Positions 1 to 10,018 of a DNA stretch of 64,000 bases are shown here, one piece after another. Source of the DNA: Calditrichia bacterium (GTDB lineage Bacteria; Calditrichota; Calditrichia; JAJRVZ01); contig CAWCNS010000006.1 in assembly GCA_963796965.1 (NCBI GenBank), positions 320,001-384,000 of the forward strand, in the 5' to 3' direction. The position numbers and the translations under genes were made by a program. The notes under the pieces were generated by a model. The model ran no database searches. It saw only the letters and a list, made by a program, of their open reading frames with translations, and was not told the DNA's origin. The stretch's first letter is position 1. Every line of letters begins with the position of its first letter.

Positions 1-801
1 GACAACTTCTTTACGGTCTCCTGTGATATCTCCTGAATTTCTGTAGAGTAATACTTTGGACTGATCTGCACCCAATAGACTGGCAGCCTTCATTGCAGCA
101 ATTGCAGGCCCCCCACCACACATTTCGCACCGTCCGTTTTGTAAATCCTTAAAAAGTCCATCACCATCAAAATTTTCAAGATGCTTTACAACAACTTGGT
201 CTAACGTGTTGGCCTTTTCATCATCATAAAAATGAGAAAGATCTGTGGATGCCACTATCAATGCTTTTTCATTTTGCAAAACTGACTTTAAGGCATTTGC
301 TAATACCTGAATATTATCCAGCGTATGTTCTCCCATAACAATAGGAACAAACCTGAACTGTGGCAGAACTTTTTGCAGAAAAGGTAATTGAACTTCTAGG
401 GAATGTTCATCAAAACGATGGCCTTTGTCAGACAGAATGATCTGAGGGCTCGTATCAGCAATTTTATGAGCTAATTCCTGATCAACTTCCACACTTCCCA
501 GGGGCGTTCTGTAGGCAAATCCATCGTAGATTGAGATTTCAGTAAAATATTCACAGTGACTCGGTGATATGACAACCGCCACATCAACATCACGTTCAAA
601 TATCTGACGATATGCCCGCGCAGCCACACCACCAGAATACATATAACCAGCATGGGGGACGATTATCGCTTTAATTTCCCCCTTCAAATCTAACTCTCTG
701 GATTCTTCCAGAATATAGGCGAGCTCCTGATCCAGTATCTGTTTCTTGTCTGGATAGAACATTCCTGCAACAGCAGGCTCGCGTATTTTTAAATTGTGCA
801 T
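1..801 (-). CDS. amrB: AmmeMemoRadiSam system protein B (MEMO1 family), 3' end runs off the window
   Basis: Manual translation from ATG at 801: MHNLKIREPAVAGMFYP...IIVPHAGYMYSGGVAA...DEHSLEVQLPFLQ...ASTDLSHFY...MCGGGP...YRNSGDITGDRKEVV. These are hallmark MEMO1 motifs. Absent from the ORF track because there is no stop inside the window. Confidence 0.9.
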   Translation of the reverse strand, partial: MHNLKIREPAVAGMFYPDKKQILDQELAYILEESRELDLKGEIKAIIVPHAGYMYSGGVAARAYRQIFERDVDVAVVISPSHCEYFTEISIYDGFAYRTPLGSVEVDQELAHKIADTSPQIILSDKGHRFDEHSLEVQLPFLQKVLPQFRFVPIVMGEHTLDNIQVLANALKSVLQNEKALIVASTDLSHFYDDEKANTLDQVVVKHLENFDGDGLFKDLQNGRCEMCGGGPAIAAMKAASLLGADQSKVLLYRNSGDITGDRKEVV

Positions 802-827
802 CTTTAGACTTTTTGCTCCATTTTTTA

Positions 828-899
828 ACCACAAAGTTCTCAAAGAAAAAATAATATAATCCTTTGGGTTCTTAGTGTCTTCTTGGTGTCCTTTGTGGT
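828..899. repeat. Intergenic imperfect inverted-repeat element (ACCACAAAG...CTTTGTGGT)
   Basis: Terminal inverted repeats accacaaag (828-836) and ctttgtggt (891-899), with degenerate internal sub-repeats (ctttgggtt, cttagtgtc, cttggtgtc). Confidence 0.6.
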
Positions 900-957
900 A
901 AAAAGATACTATGGTATTGCAGCAAATGCCAGCATTAATATAAAATACGATGAGGAT

Positions 958-3150
958 TCATTCAATCTTGAAATAAACAGCCTCTCGGGAGACATTACCG
1001 GCACGATCCCGAACGGACACGGTAAATACATGATTGCCTTTTGAAAGATCCCTTTGAACAGAGCCGGTCAGAAGATCTTCTTCAGGATCCCATTCTTGTA
1101 AAACATAATTGCCATCCATTAAAAGATTTATGTCGTCTTCATTCCCAACACCGGAAATTGTATCGCGAATATCGAGCCTAATCTTCGGTGTCTTTTTGTA
1201 CACAACACCATTCCTGGGGCTTTTTATTAATATTTCTGGGGAGACCGTATCAGATGCGATAACAAACTTACCCAGAGAGGATGATTTTACATGAAATTCC
1301 ATCTTGTCCATATCGATTTTCGATGATAAATACGATAATCGGTCAATACCATTCGTCTTATATACTCCCCAGTTTCCCCAATCCGGTAGGGAATCTGCTC
1401 TTATACGTATAGAAAGTGCCTTGAAAATAGGGAAATTATGAGGCAAGACTTTAAAGATATTACTTGCGATGGGAAATTCACTCAACACCGTATCAGATTC
1501 TAATAATTCAGCTGTAATAAGGTTTGTGTCTAAAACCGATCCGGCATATGAGGTTATAACCAGGGAGGAATCAAACCAAACGCTTGTCTTCATCGTTTCT
1601 GGTAATAATGATTGATAATCAAGATCTTTGCTCCAGAATTTGCCTGAACTCCCAATTATCATTAATGCTGATGGCTTTCCAGTAATATCTTCTGCTGGAA
1701 TTAGAACCTCGGTTCCGCCTCCCGGAGGTAGGGATCTTTTAAGTTTTACATTTTCAGGAAAAAGACTGATACTATTTTCAGAAATTATTTCCGGGGATTC
1801 AACAACAAGATATTTTCCCTGGGAATGAATATTATAATCAATATCTTCAGAAATATTATTTGAACCAACTGTTAGGATCTCATCAATATTTGTATTAACG
1901 GTTATTTTCAACTGGGATACTAAACTATCGTCAAGACTAATCCGTGCCTTAATAATATTTCCAGGTAGGCTAATTTGTCCTTCTAATATTTCGAAATAAT
2001 CTGCCGATTTCCACTTTGTTTTATTGTTGCGAGTAGAGAATTTCAAGTCATTTATTCTGGGTGCTGTGAAATCAAGATAAATCCACTTTCCCTCTTTTCT
2101 AACTTCATTAATATTTATTGACTTCATCTTAGCAGGGATAATTTCGCCCCGAATGATGCTACGGTTATTTTTAAAATCGATAATGGAAATTGTAAAGGGG
2201 ATGATTTCCTGTTTAATTTCAATAGATCCATCACTGTTTAAAGACCGATCATAAAAGAGTAAGGGATTATAGGGTTCAAGGTACAGTTTATTATATCGTT
2301 CTCTTTTGCTGACAAGCCATGGATAGTATAATTCTGTGTTTATATGTGCTGTTGTATTATAATCTAACTCATCATAGGTGATCTGAAAAGATTTTACACT
2401 GTTAATTTCAAGTGTGGATTGGTAGAATCCATATTTATTATGAACATCATCAGCCTGGTCATACCCTTTAATGGCTAATCCGACTTTTCCCTCCACATAA
2501 AGTGGTTTCTTTATAACATATACATCATCCTTAATATAATTTACAGGGATACTAAGTGGTAAATAACTTCCATTGATCTTTGTCTCTTTTGATAAAGGTA
2601 TAACGGCTAATGCTATCAATCTGGGTGGTATATGATCTTTGATCTGGGAATAATATTTTTGTGGATTAACCGGATTATCATCTTTATTTCTGATCTCAAA
2701 ATGTAAATGCGGCACTCCAATGCCCGTTCTGCCACTGTAGGCAATAATTTCACCTTTCTTAACCTTCATATTTTCGGGCCACCAATTCAACCTATATTTT
2801 TCATTTTTAAACTGTATTGCCCTTACTTGTTTATCAATTTTATCTGTAAACTTTTGCAGATGTGCATAAATGGCTGTATTGCCGTCTTTTAATTGAATAT
2901 AGATGACTTTACCATAACCAAAGGGTGAAACGCGAATCCGTTTTACATATCCGTCCTCAACCGCATAACAGGGATAGCCTTCAGTATTCCAGGTCTTGAT
3001 GTCGATAGCGGCATGATAATGCCCCGGCCGGTATTCACAAAAACTGGACGAGAGGTATTCACTGGCATTCGTCGGCCATAGATAGTCCTGAGATAATATT
3101 AATTTCGGGAGCAACACGAGCAAAACGATTGATAAAAGATTACCAATCAT
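958..3150 (-). CDS. Secreted M23 family metallopeptidase with long C-terminal region
   Basis: Signal-peptide-like MIGNLLSIVLLVLL; M23 zinc motifs HAAID and PHLHFEIR. The ORF is open to 3264, but that extension largely translates short DNA repeats. Confidence 0.8.
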   Translation of the reverse strand: MIGNLLSIVLLVLLPKLILSQDYLWPTNASEYLSSSFCEYRPGHYHAAIDIKTWNTEGYPCYAVEDGYVKRIRVSPFGYGKVIYIQLKDGNTAIYAHLQKFTDKIDKQVRAIQFKNEKYRLNWWPENMKVKKGEIIAYSGRTGIGVPHLHFEIRNKDDNPVNPQKYYSQIKDHIPPRLIALAVIPLSKETKINGSYLPLSIPVNYIKDDVYVIKKPLYVEGKVGLAIKGYDQADDVHNKYGFYQSTLEINSVKSFQITYDELDYNTTAHINTELYYPWLVSKRERYNKLYLEPYNPLLFYDRSLNSDGSIEIKQEIIPFTISIIDFKNNRSIIRGEIIPAKMKSININEVRKEGKWIYLDFTAPRINDLKFSTRNNKTKWKSADYFEILEGQISLPGNIIKARISLDDSLVSQLKITVNTNIDEILTVGSNNISEDIDYNIHSQGKYLVVESPEIISENSISLFPENVKLKRSLPPGGGTEVLIPAEDITGKPSALMIIGSSGKFWSKDLDYQSLLPETMKTSVWFDSSLVITSYAGSVLDTNLITAELLESDTVLSEFPIASNIFKVLPHNFPIFKALSIRIRADSLPDWGNWGVYKTNGIDRLSYLSSKIDMDKMEFHVKSSSLGKFVIASDTVSPEILIKSPRNGVVYKKTPKIRLDIRDTISGVGNEDDINLLMDGNYVLQEWDPEEDLLTGSVQRDLSKGNHVFTVSVRDRAGNVSREAVYFKIE

Positions 3151-3167
3151 CCCAGTATTTTTTCTCT

Positions 3168-3220
3168 CGCAGAGTCGCAGAGACGCAGTATTTTTTGCCT
3201 TTTGCCTTTTGCCTTTTGCC
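3168..3220. repeat. Short tandem repeats: (CGCAGAGN)x~2.6 and (TTTTGCC)x4
   Basis: cgcagagtcgcagagacgcag at 3168-3188; ttttgcc repeated 4 times at 3193-3220. Confidence 0.85.
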
Positions 3221-3284
3221 TTATGTTTCGGATTCTTTGTCATATATATTATATCAGTTATCATAATTTGAATTCACCTGAAGA

Positions 3285-5389
3285 TTAAACGTATATGGTA
3301 CATCTGCTATCAACGATTATAAGTTCTTTGTCTTTTTCTGACCAAATTATTGGGTTCAGATCCATCTCAACTATTCCCGGATTCTCATATATCATTTTGG
3401 AGAATTGAAAGATTGTATTTACAATTATTTCAGAATCAATAGCAGGATAATGTCTGAAACCATCTATTATTTTTCGCCCTTGTAATTCTTCGATCATCTG
3501 GGTTGCATCAATTTTGTCAATCGGTAAAACCCTGAAAGCCACATCCTTATATAATTCAACAAATATGCCCCCCAGGCCAAACATGATAATCTTGCCAAAC
3601 TGTGGATCTGATTTCGCCCCTAAAATAAATTCTAAACCCTTATCAATCATTTCTTGTACAACTACCGTTGGTCTTGTTCCTTCCGGTAATATTTTCTTCG
3701 ATCTTTCTATTATAGTATCAAATGCTTCTGCGACTTCTGACGCTGACGATAGATCCATTTTTACAAGACCCAAATCTGATTTATGAATGATGCCTTCATT
3801 GGCAATTTTTAATACAACCCGGCCTGTTTGTTCTTGAAAACAAAGAATCTTTTCTATTTCTTCTGACATGATATTGTGACAAATTTTTAGCCGATACTCT
3901 GAAAGCAGTTTAAATATTTCATCTAACCCAGCTTGTTTCGTGGTTAAATTCTGTAATTTCGGGCCCTGGACCTCTGCTAAAAACTTAGACGAAAACCCAT
4001 CAAATCGTTTTCGGATTTTTGCATATCGATATAGATTACCAAGGGATCTTGAAGCAGATTCCGGCGAAGAATAGACAGGTGTTTTTGATTGACTGAATAC
4101 ATCTATACCAGAATTTTCATCTTTAGCTGCCATTAATACACAAACAATTGGTTTGGTACTAGATGATAACACAGGATATAATTCTTCAGCAATTGCTCTT
4201 GGGTTTTTCATAACCGGGGGTTTGACAATTATAACCATTATCGCATCAACCATTGGATCTTTGACGACACGATTGCAGACATCCCGATACGTTTCATGAT
4301 TTGCGCTTGCAATCATATCTACCGGATTCTGAACAGAGGCTTCTGCCGGTAACATACTTTTTAACGCTTGAGTTGTATCATCTGAAAATTCTGCTAATTG
4401 TAATCTGTTTTTAACAAGTGCATCTGCTGCCAGAATTCCTGGACCGCCCGCATTGGTAACAACCGCTATACGGTTTTTCGTTAAGCCTTTTTCTGATTCA
4501 AAAATTAGAGCTGTTTCTATTAATTCATCTAAAGAATCACAGCGTATTATTCCACATTGATTTAAAAAAGCGTCAGTGACCAAATCATCAGAAACAAGAG
4601 CACTCCAGTATGAGATGACGCTGCTTTTAGCCCACTACTGGTTCGCCCCGATTTAAGGGTCAGAATTGGTTTCTTTCCTACAATTTCTGTACAGACTTTT
4701 CTGAATTCAGCTGGCTTATCAATGCTTTCCTGATATAAGATAATACTTTTCGTATTTTCATCCATAGCCAGATAATTTAAACAATCAGCATCTCCCATAT
4801 CCGCTTTGTTTCCGGTACTTACAAAACAGGAAAATCCCAGATTAAAATCTTTTGAAAGTTCTAAAACGGCTACTCCTAGGGCCCCACTTTGGGAAATAAA
4901 TCCGACATGTCCTGGTTTTGGCAATGTGGGCGAGAAAGTTGCATTTAGTAAAACCGCCGGATCAGTATTAAATATGCCCATGCTATTAGGACCAATCATA
5001 CGCATATCATGTTTATTTACAATTTTAATTAACTCCTGCTCGCGCAGATCACCTTCGATTCCCATTTCTTTGAATCCAGCACTAATTACAATAATATTCT
5101 TGATACCTTTAGAGGCAACTTCTTCGACTGCTTTAGATACACTTTCTTTTGGAAGTAATATGATAGCCAGATCAGGGATAATTGGTAGTCCCAGAACATT
5201 TGCATAGCATTTTAATTCATTAATAGACTCTGCTTTGGGATTAATCGGATAAACACTTCCTTTGTAATTCATCATCTGTATTGCATCCAGAAACATTTTC
5301 CCCAATGTACCCTCACGGCGGGAGGCCCCTATCACAGTGATGGATTTGGGGGAGAAAAGAGACTTTAAATCGTCCACTATGAACTCCAA
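3285..5389 (-). CDS. Acetate/acyl-CoA ligase (ADP-forming), fused alpha-beta type; frameshift near 4580-4600
   Basis: N-terminal part has the CoA-binding domain (VIGASR, IGPNSMG, SQSGALG, ASSHTG with the phospho-His). C-terminal part has TNAGGPG, NPVD and an ATP-grasp domain (HKSDLG, EMDLNP). The two overlapping ORFs join into one protein. Confidence 0.85.
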
Positions 5390-5590
5390 ATTAAGTAAAT
5401 TTTAATTTATACTGTAAATATAAATGATTCAACCATCAACCTCTATTGCAAAACATTTCCAGAAGTGACAGATTTCATTATTGCATATGCACATAAGCAC
5501 AATGTTTGACACAAAAATAAACATGAAAAAATTTGACCAAAGGATTATCTGGTTCTACCTTTTCGTATAATGAATTAACCAGAAGAAATT

Positions 5591-6529
5591 ATGAACCAAA
5601 ATATTCCTAAAATATATGATGGAAAGAGGTATAACTCTTTTAACACTTATTTGAAGCGTCTCTATGGTCAGCGGGTGCAAAAAGTAACGGTTGATGCCGG
5701 ATTTACCTGTCCAAATCGTGATGGTTCTGTGGCCTTTGGCGGTTGCACGTATTGCAATAATGACAGTTTTAATCCCGGCTATAATGATGTCTCAAAAAGT
5801 ATAACCGAGCAAATTGGAGAAGGTACGGAATTTCTGATCCGCAGATATAAGGTTGATAAATTTATTGTTTATTTCCAACCTTATAGTAATACCTATGCCC
5901 CTCTTGATAAACTTAAACGACTGTATGAAGAAGCTTTGTCGGTTCCAGGTGTGATTGGACTTACTATTGGTACACGTCCTGATTGTGTCGACGAAGAGAA
6001 AATAAAATATCTGGCTTCATTGGCTAATGATTTTGATATCACCATTGAGTACGGCCTTGAATCAATCTATGATGATTCCTTAGAAAAAATAAACAGAGGC
6101 CATAATTACCATAGTTATCTGCAAGCATTGGAAATGACCCGCAACCGGGGCATCAAAATCTGCACTCACATAATTTTAGGATTCCCTTGGGAGGGCGACG
6201 AGCAATGGATGCATGAGGCGGATGTTTTATCTTCTCTACCCTTTAATTTTCTCAAAATTCATCAACTTCATATTGTTGATAAAACTGTCATGGCCCACCA
6301 GTATATCAAAAATCCTTTCAAATTACTCACTCTTTCAGAGTATGTAGAAACTGTTGTCTCCTTTTTAGAACGGTTAAATCCAGACAAAATCATTCAGCGT
6401 TTAGCCGGAGAAGCCCCGCCCCATATTCTTATCGCTCCAAAATGGGGAAAAAGAATTCCAGAACTTTTAAAATATATCGATGGAGAATTCGAAAAAAGAG
6501 ATTCCTGGCAAGGAAAATATTTCCAATAA
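5591..6529 (+). CDS. TIGR01212/YhcC-like radical SAM protein
   Basis: AGFTCPNRDG...GGCTYC cysteine motif, YFQPYSNTY, IGTRPDC, KIHQLH. Confidence 0.85.
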   Translation: MNQNIPKIYDGKRYNSFNTYLKRLYGQRVQKVTVDAGFTCPNRDGSVAFGGCTYCNNDSFNPGYNDVSKSITEQIGEGTEFLIRRYKVDKFIVYFQPYSNTYAPLDKLKRLYEEALSVPGVIGLTIGTRPDCVDEEKIKYLASLANDFDITIEYGLESIYDDSLEKINRGHNYHSYLQALEMTRNRGIKICTHIILGFPWEGDEQWMHEADVLSSLPFNFLKIHQLHIVDKTVMAHQYIKNPFKLLTLSEYVETVVSFLERLNPDKIIQRLAGEAPPHILIAPKWGKRIPELLKYIDGEFEKRDSWQGKYFQ

Positions 6530-6543
6530 TTATAGTATGATAG

Positions 6544-6617
6544 TTGTCATCCCGAAGGGATCTTCCTCTGTGGATAATCAGTCGCAACAAGATGGAAGAT
6601 TCTTAACAGAATGACAA
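6544..6617. repeat. REP-like palindromic element (TGTCATcCCGAA...CAGAATGACA) between convergent genes
   Basis: Ends ttgtcat/atgacaa are inverted; inner atcttcc/ggaagat pair; same termini as the element at 20247-20338. Confidence 0.6.
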
Positions 6618-6685
6618 ATAAAATGATCTGCATTGGCAAAGGCCTCCCGTTTGGAGCGGATATGCGGGAAAATGGATTCTCTCTT

Positions 6686-7373
6686 TTAAGTATTAGAAAT
6701 AATTTCCTGATAGAACTCAGCCTCAGGAGATTCTTGCTGGTACAAGTCTTTAAGCTGAGAGAGGGTTTGTGTTAACCAATTATCATTAACTTCTGGCGGG
6801 GTAAAAAAAATAGCTGAAAACATTTGTAGTATCGACCTGTAGACAAGTCCGTTTGGAATCCGCCGTCGGATTCCCAAATATTCCTGAATCATCTCGCAAT
6901 ATTAACTTTCCTTCAGCATGGATCAGATCCTTTGATATTCCCTCATAAGCTTCACTTTCCTTTCCAACATCCAGGTTTATTACCCCTTTAATCTTATCCT
7001 GATCATACAATCCCATTGGTAAATGGAAGCGGGTTGATATAACATTTCCGAGATCCACAAAATTGTTTATTCGATACAATCCTTTGGTTTTCAAAAATCG
7101 TCTTATCATCGCCTCCGAAGATGGTCTGTATTGGGTAGGTTCCCAACCGATTTTTCGATACATTCTACGTACTGCTGAGACAACAGGATCTGAGGAAGGT
7201 GGATTGTCCGAAAATTTCGTGCAGATAAATGTTTCAAGATCTTCAAACGCTGGTTCAACAAGATCTGACTTTTTATTAATCAATACCTCAAATGCCGATA
7301 ATAGTCCTAATTTCAAACCTGGAAGTTTATCGCGAATAATTGGTGAGAATTGAATAGTGGGTTTTTTTACCAT
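6686..7373 (-). CDS. B3/B4 tRNA-binding/editing domain protein (PheT B3/4-like); frameshift near 6810-6825
   Basis: PTQYRPSSEAMIRR, INNFVDLGN, PMGLYD and GNPTADS motifs. The C-terminus continues in the 6686..6892 frame (AIFFTPPE). Confidence 0.8.
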
Positions 7374-7433
7374 TGTTATTGTATTTACAACTCCTTTAAT
7401 CCCACTAGGTTGGGTATTACAAAATAAAAAAAA

Positions 7434-7742
7434 TCAGGTCTTCAGCTTTCGACCAAGTTTCTTTTCCAGACTATCAATTTTGGATTCCATACGACTTTCA
7501 GATCCATCCCGATAATCGATTTTTATATGGACCCCTATTCTCGAACAGTCTTTATTCAGTTCTTTAAAACAATCACCGACAACTTCCATTACCTCATCCC
7601 ACTCACCCTCCATAATGGTTCCCATTGGTGTCAGGCGATAAGTTAATCCGCTTTCATCAATAACTTTTAGGACCCTGGAAACATAAGGACTTAAGCTTTC
7701 GCCCTTTCCTGTTGGACTCATTGTCATTTCAAGCAAAACCAT
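7434..7742 (-). CDS. MTH1187/YkoF family thiamine-binding protein
   Basis: 102 aa; SLSPYVSRVLKVIDESGLTYRLTPMGTIMEGEWDEVM and KIDYR match the family pattern. Confidence 0.85.
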   Translation of the reverse strand: MVLLEMTMSPTGKGESLSPYVSRVLKVIDESGLTYRLTPMGTIMEGEWDEVMEVVGDCFKELNKDCSRIGVHIKIDYRDGSESRMESKIDSLEKKLGRKLKT

Positions 7743-7743
7743 A

Positions 7744-8157
7744 TCATTTATTTCCTTTTACAAGATCAGATTGAATTGTATGCATATTGCTTACAGCCTT
7801 AAAAAGTACGATAAAATAGGCAAGCATAACGACGAAAAACAATGCCCAGCGTATGTTCACATGAAGTATTTGATACCAGTGTAAAAAAGCCACAGCAATA
7901 ATAAAAAGATAGATAAAAGAAAGCAGGCCGACCTTTTTTTGCAGGACTCTAAGTTCTGGTAAATCACCATATTTTTCCTTAAGCATCGCAGAGGATACAC
8001 CAAATATGGTTAAAGAAATAAATACAGAGATAACAAGATTCGTTGCCTTACTTAGGCCAAAAGCTTCAAAGAGAAAGGTAAAAACAATAAACATTGTCAC
8101 CGGCAAAAAGTTCTTCATTTTTTGACTGTTTTCTGCAATATCATTTGAATTTTTCAT
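7744..8157 (-). CDS. Hypothetical membrane protein (~4 TM)
   Basis: 137-aa ORF with four hydrophobic segments, tightly coupled to its neighbours. Confidence 0.65.
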   Translation of the reverse strand: MKNSNDIAENSQKMKNFLPVTMFIVFTFLFEAFGLSKATNLVISVFISLTIFGVSSAMLKEKYGDLPELRVLQKKVGLLSFIYLFIIAVAFLHWYQILHVNIRWALFFVVMLAYFIVLFKAVSNMHTIQSDLVKGNK

Positions 8158-8164
8158 GACACCC

Positions 8165-9203
8165 CTAAATCAGATTAAACTTGCGGATACCCTCATATAA
8201 TTCACTTGAGGTCACCTTTAGTATTCCTGCTGCAGGGACGGCCAGCAACATACCCAGGACACCAAAAAACTGACCACCGATCAAAACAGCAAAAACGATA
8301 ATGAGAGGGTGAAGATTTACACTTTTAGACAATACCAGGGGCTGCAGGAAGATATTATCAATTAGCTGAACCATAGAAAAAGCAATTGCAATATATAAGA
8401 TACTAATCGGTGAGCCACCATTAACTATTGTTACAATTATTGCCGGAATGGCCCCGGCAACAGGTCCGATATAGGGAATTAGATTGGCCAAACCGGCAAA
8501 GATTCCAATGATGATAAAGTATTGGACATCCAATAACCAGAGGGCAATTACTGAAAGCAACCCCACTACAAAAGCTTCAGTAAATTGGCCTCGCAGATAC
8601 CAACCTAGTTGTTGATCGATTTTATGTATAACATTCAGGATCATTTCAAAATATCGATTTGGTATATAATGAATAAAGGCCTTTTTCATTTTCCGGCCAT
8701 CTTTGAGTAGAAAGAAAACAACAAAGGGAATAATTACCACATAAGTGACAACGGATAAAACGTTGGCAAGAATGGCTAATAACTGATCTGTCAGAAGAGA
8801 GATTGCGTTCTTTACCTTATCCTCAATGTCCATGTTCTCTACATTAATGAAACTTAAATTCTTTTCAATAAAGTCTTTTATGGTCTGGCTGATACTTTCT
8901 GTGTCCTCCAGATTCAAACTGTTTTGCAAACTAAACAGACTCTCTAAAAAAGCCGGGAAGGAGGGCCCATCCGATTATACCAAGAGTTGAAAAGAAAGCC
9001 AGAAAAATAATAATTGTCGCATTACCTCTGGAAAGACCTTTTGCCTCAAGATAACTGGCAATCGGGTCCAGTATGTAAGCCAATAATGCGGACACAATAA
9101 CGATCGTAAGTATTGAACTGAGGCTATAGAGGAGCCAGCCAACCAGGCCAATAAGAATAATAGCAACTAAAAATCGCAGAAATCTACCAATCGTCAACTC
9201 CAT
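8165..9203 (-). CDS. AI-2E family transporter; frameshift near 8930-8950
   Basis: N-terminal part LAYILDP; C-terminal part FFLLKDG, YLRGQ, NLIPYIGP, NLHPL, GMLLAVP. Confidence 0.85.
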
Positions 9204-9742
9204 CAGGATACTCTCTTCCGTGAAGTCTTTTCTTCAAGCTCGGCAATTTTTTGCTTCAATTGTTGATTTTCCAGATTTGAAAATCTAAGCCGGTCACCTA
9301 TCATCTGAGCCAAACGATGTAATATTTTATTTCCCATCCGAGGATTTGTTTCTAGTAGGCCAAACAAATCAGATTGGAAAAATCCAAAAATTGTGCATGT
9401 ACTTTTTGCTGTTGCAGTAGCAGTTCTGGGGGTTTCTGACAACAAAGCAATCTCTCCAAAAAATTCACCATTTGATAAAACGGCTAATAGCTTTTTATCA
9501 GATCCAATAGTAATATTGATCCTTCCTTCTTCAATGATATACATACCGACTCCCGGATCTCCTTCATTAAAAATTACTTCATCAGTTTTATAAGCTCTTT
9601 TATGTAGAATTCTCTCTACAGAACGAATTTCTTTTTTTGATAGATCTTTAAAAATTGGAATCTTTGACATAACCGTGTAAATGTTTTGTTCTGTCTTTTC
9701 TTCTTTTCGGAATATATTTCCCCATAATGTATCATCTTGCAT
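9203..9742 (-). CDS. Cyclic nucleotide-binding domain protein (no obvious HTH)
   Basis: IFNEGDPG..MYII, GEFFGEIALL, PRTATA motifs; C-terminal coiled coil. Confidence 0.85.
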   Translation of the reverse strand: MQDDTLWGNIFRKEEKTEQNIYTVMSKIPIFKDLSKKEIRSVERILHKRAYKTDEVIFNEGDPGVGMYIIEEGRINITIGSDKKLLAVLSNGEFFGEIALLSETPRTATATAKSTCTIFGFFQSDLFGLLETNPRMGNKILHRLAQMIGDRLRFSNLENQQLKQKIAELEEKTSRKRVS

Positions 9743-10018
9743 GATGATATCTCCCGGTATAAATATTGTGTTTTAATTTCAGTATTAATAAGTGCAAGCC
9801 GCAATTTAAAATTTTGCAACTGATCAGGCAAGCAGATTATTGGAAAATTATTTTTAATAAAAGGTAAAAAAAATTATAGAAACTCTAAAGACTCTGCGCA
9901 TCTTAATTCTACATTTTTTTCTGAAATTATCATAAAAAATATATCATATTTTGGGGTTCCTTCTTGCGTTATATATTTCAATTTACTAACCTAACAACCA
10001 TCCTAAAGGAACCATATT

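Noticed and set aside
471..653. 60-aa ORF from the track
   Set aside because: Out-of-frame overlap with the MEMO1/amrB gene, which explains the region.
6569..6577. Perfect DnaA box TGTGGATAA
   Set aside because: Single copy inside a REP-like element far from the replication genes, with no cluster or unwinding region.
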